Origin: an uncultured archaeon
Lineage (GTDB): Archaea > Aenigmatarchaeota > Aenigmatarchaeia > Aenigmatarchaeales > SZUA-1535
DNA length: 22,852 nt
Assembly: GCA_964594175.1 (NCBI GenBank)
Contig: CAZQLM010000007.1
Coordinates: 1-22,852 of the forward strand
Direction: 5' to 3'
Each line of letters opens with the position of its first letter. The stretch's first letter is position 1. Positions 22,178 to 22,852 of this stretch are shown one piece after another. The notes beneath the pieces were generated by a model. The model was given only the letters and a program-made list of their open reading frames with translations, was not told where the DNA came from and ran no database searches. The position numbers were made by a program, and so were the translations under genes.

Positions 22178-22852
22178 ATGGTTGCGGTTTGCTTTTACCT
22201 GCACATTCACCAGCCTTACAGGCTGGGAAGATTTACTTTTTTCGATATAGGCACAGGAAAGGGATACTGGGATGAAGAAACAAACAAAGCTGTTTTAGAA
22301 AGAGTTGTAAGGAAAAGCTATTTGCCAACTACTCGCATACTTTTAGAGCTTATGAAAGAAACGAATTTTGCTTTTCGCACCGCCTTTAGTATTACAGGTG
22401 TTGTGCTTGAGCAGCTGAGAAAGCAAAAATACGATGAGGTGATTTCAAATTTCATAAAGCTCATAGATAATGGCTGCGAAATAGTTAGCGAGACTTATTA
22501 CCATTCCTTGGCTTTTCTTTTCTCAAAAAAAGAATTTCGAGAGCAGGTGAAAATGCACCGCGAACTTGTGCAGGAGCTTTTTGGTTTAAAACCTAGAATT
22601 TTCAGAAATACAGAGCTTGTTTATTCAAACGAAATAGCAATGCAGGCTGAGAAAATGGGTTATAGGGGTATTCTTGCTGAAGGGCACGAAAAAATACTTG
22701 GCTGGCGCTCACCGTGTTTTGTTTACAGAGCTAAAGATGGTAATATCAGGGTTTTACTTCGCCATTACAAACTCAGTGATGATATTTCCTTCAGATTTTC
22801 TTTGCATACATGGGAAGAGTTTCCGCTTACTGCTGATAAATTCGCTGCCTGG
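22178..22852 (+). CDS. Glycoside hydrolase family 57 protein (alpha-amylase/branching-enzyme type), 3'-truncated by window end
   Basis: Read by hand from ATG 22178, 1 nt after the upstream TAG: MVAVCFYLHIHQPYRL...YWDEE...ETYYHSLAFL...RNTELVYSNEIA.. . This is the HQP.R N-terminal signature of GH57. The frame is open to the end of the window. Confidence 0.8.
   Translation, partial: MVAVCFYLHIHQPYRLGRFTFFDIGTGKGYWDEETNKAVLERVVRKSYLPTTRILLELMKETNFAFRTAFSITGVVLEQLRKQKYDEVISNFIKLIDNGCEIVSETYYHSLAFLFSKKEFREQVKMHRELVQELFGLKPRIFRNTELVYSNEIAMQAEKMGYRGILAEGHEKILGWRSPCFVYRAKDGNIRVLLRHYKLSDDISFRFSLHTWEEFPLTADKFAAW

Noticed and set aside
1-22852. CRISPR arrays, tRNA/rRNA genes, C/D-box sRNAs, transposases/integrases or terminal inverted repeats
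   Set aside because: I saw no spaced direct repeats. There are no GC-rich structured islands in intergenic regions; all GC-rich patches fall inside aRF1 and hisS coding sequence. No RUGAUGA...CUGA pairs occur in the intergenic gaps, and no recombinase-like ORFs are present. All intergenic gaps are 132 nt or shorter (the largest, 15908-16038, lies upstream of trmB) apart from the pseudogene region.

Overview
AT-rich, tightly packed archaeal chromosomal segment. Archaeal markers are RNA polymerase subunit E'/Rpo7, Spt4, aRF1, Dph6, a Fap7-type kinase, TrmB and HerA. I support about 31 protein-coding genes on both strands. Many are joined by ATGA-type stop/start overlaps. Many have an AT-rich TATA-like box about 25-28 nt upstream of the start codon, which suggests leaderless mRNAs. 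I saw no rRNA, tRNA, CRISPR array, transposase or integrase. Most of the content is housekeeping: translation, transcription, tRNA modification, nucleotide metabolism, DNA repair, and a glycogen cluster at the 3' end. No single feature stands out as a clear new system; these five are the best candidates. (1) A divergent HerA ATPase / short MJ0037(PdeM)-type phosphoesterase / YdjM-like membrane hydrolase module without NurA, Mre11 or Rad50 nearby. (2) A wHTH / short-form hisG / genuine hisS operon with no HisZ, in which the hisG 5' end is out of frame at an A6 run. (3) A frame-disrupted small Cys-motif gene wedged in an operon directly upstream of dph6. (4) A pyrF-like/pyrE-like pair in which both proteins deviate from canonical catalytic motifs. 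(5) Two COG1237-type metallo-beta-lactamase paralogues, one coupled to an AlkD-like protein and one membrane-anchored. All family assignments come from by-eye motif recognition on the supplied translations. No database search was run.
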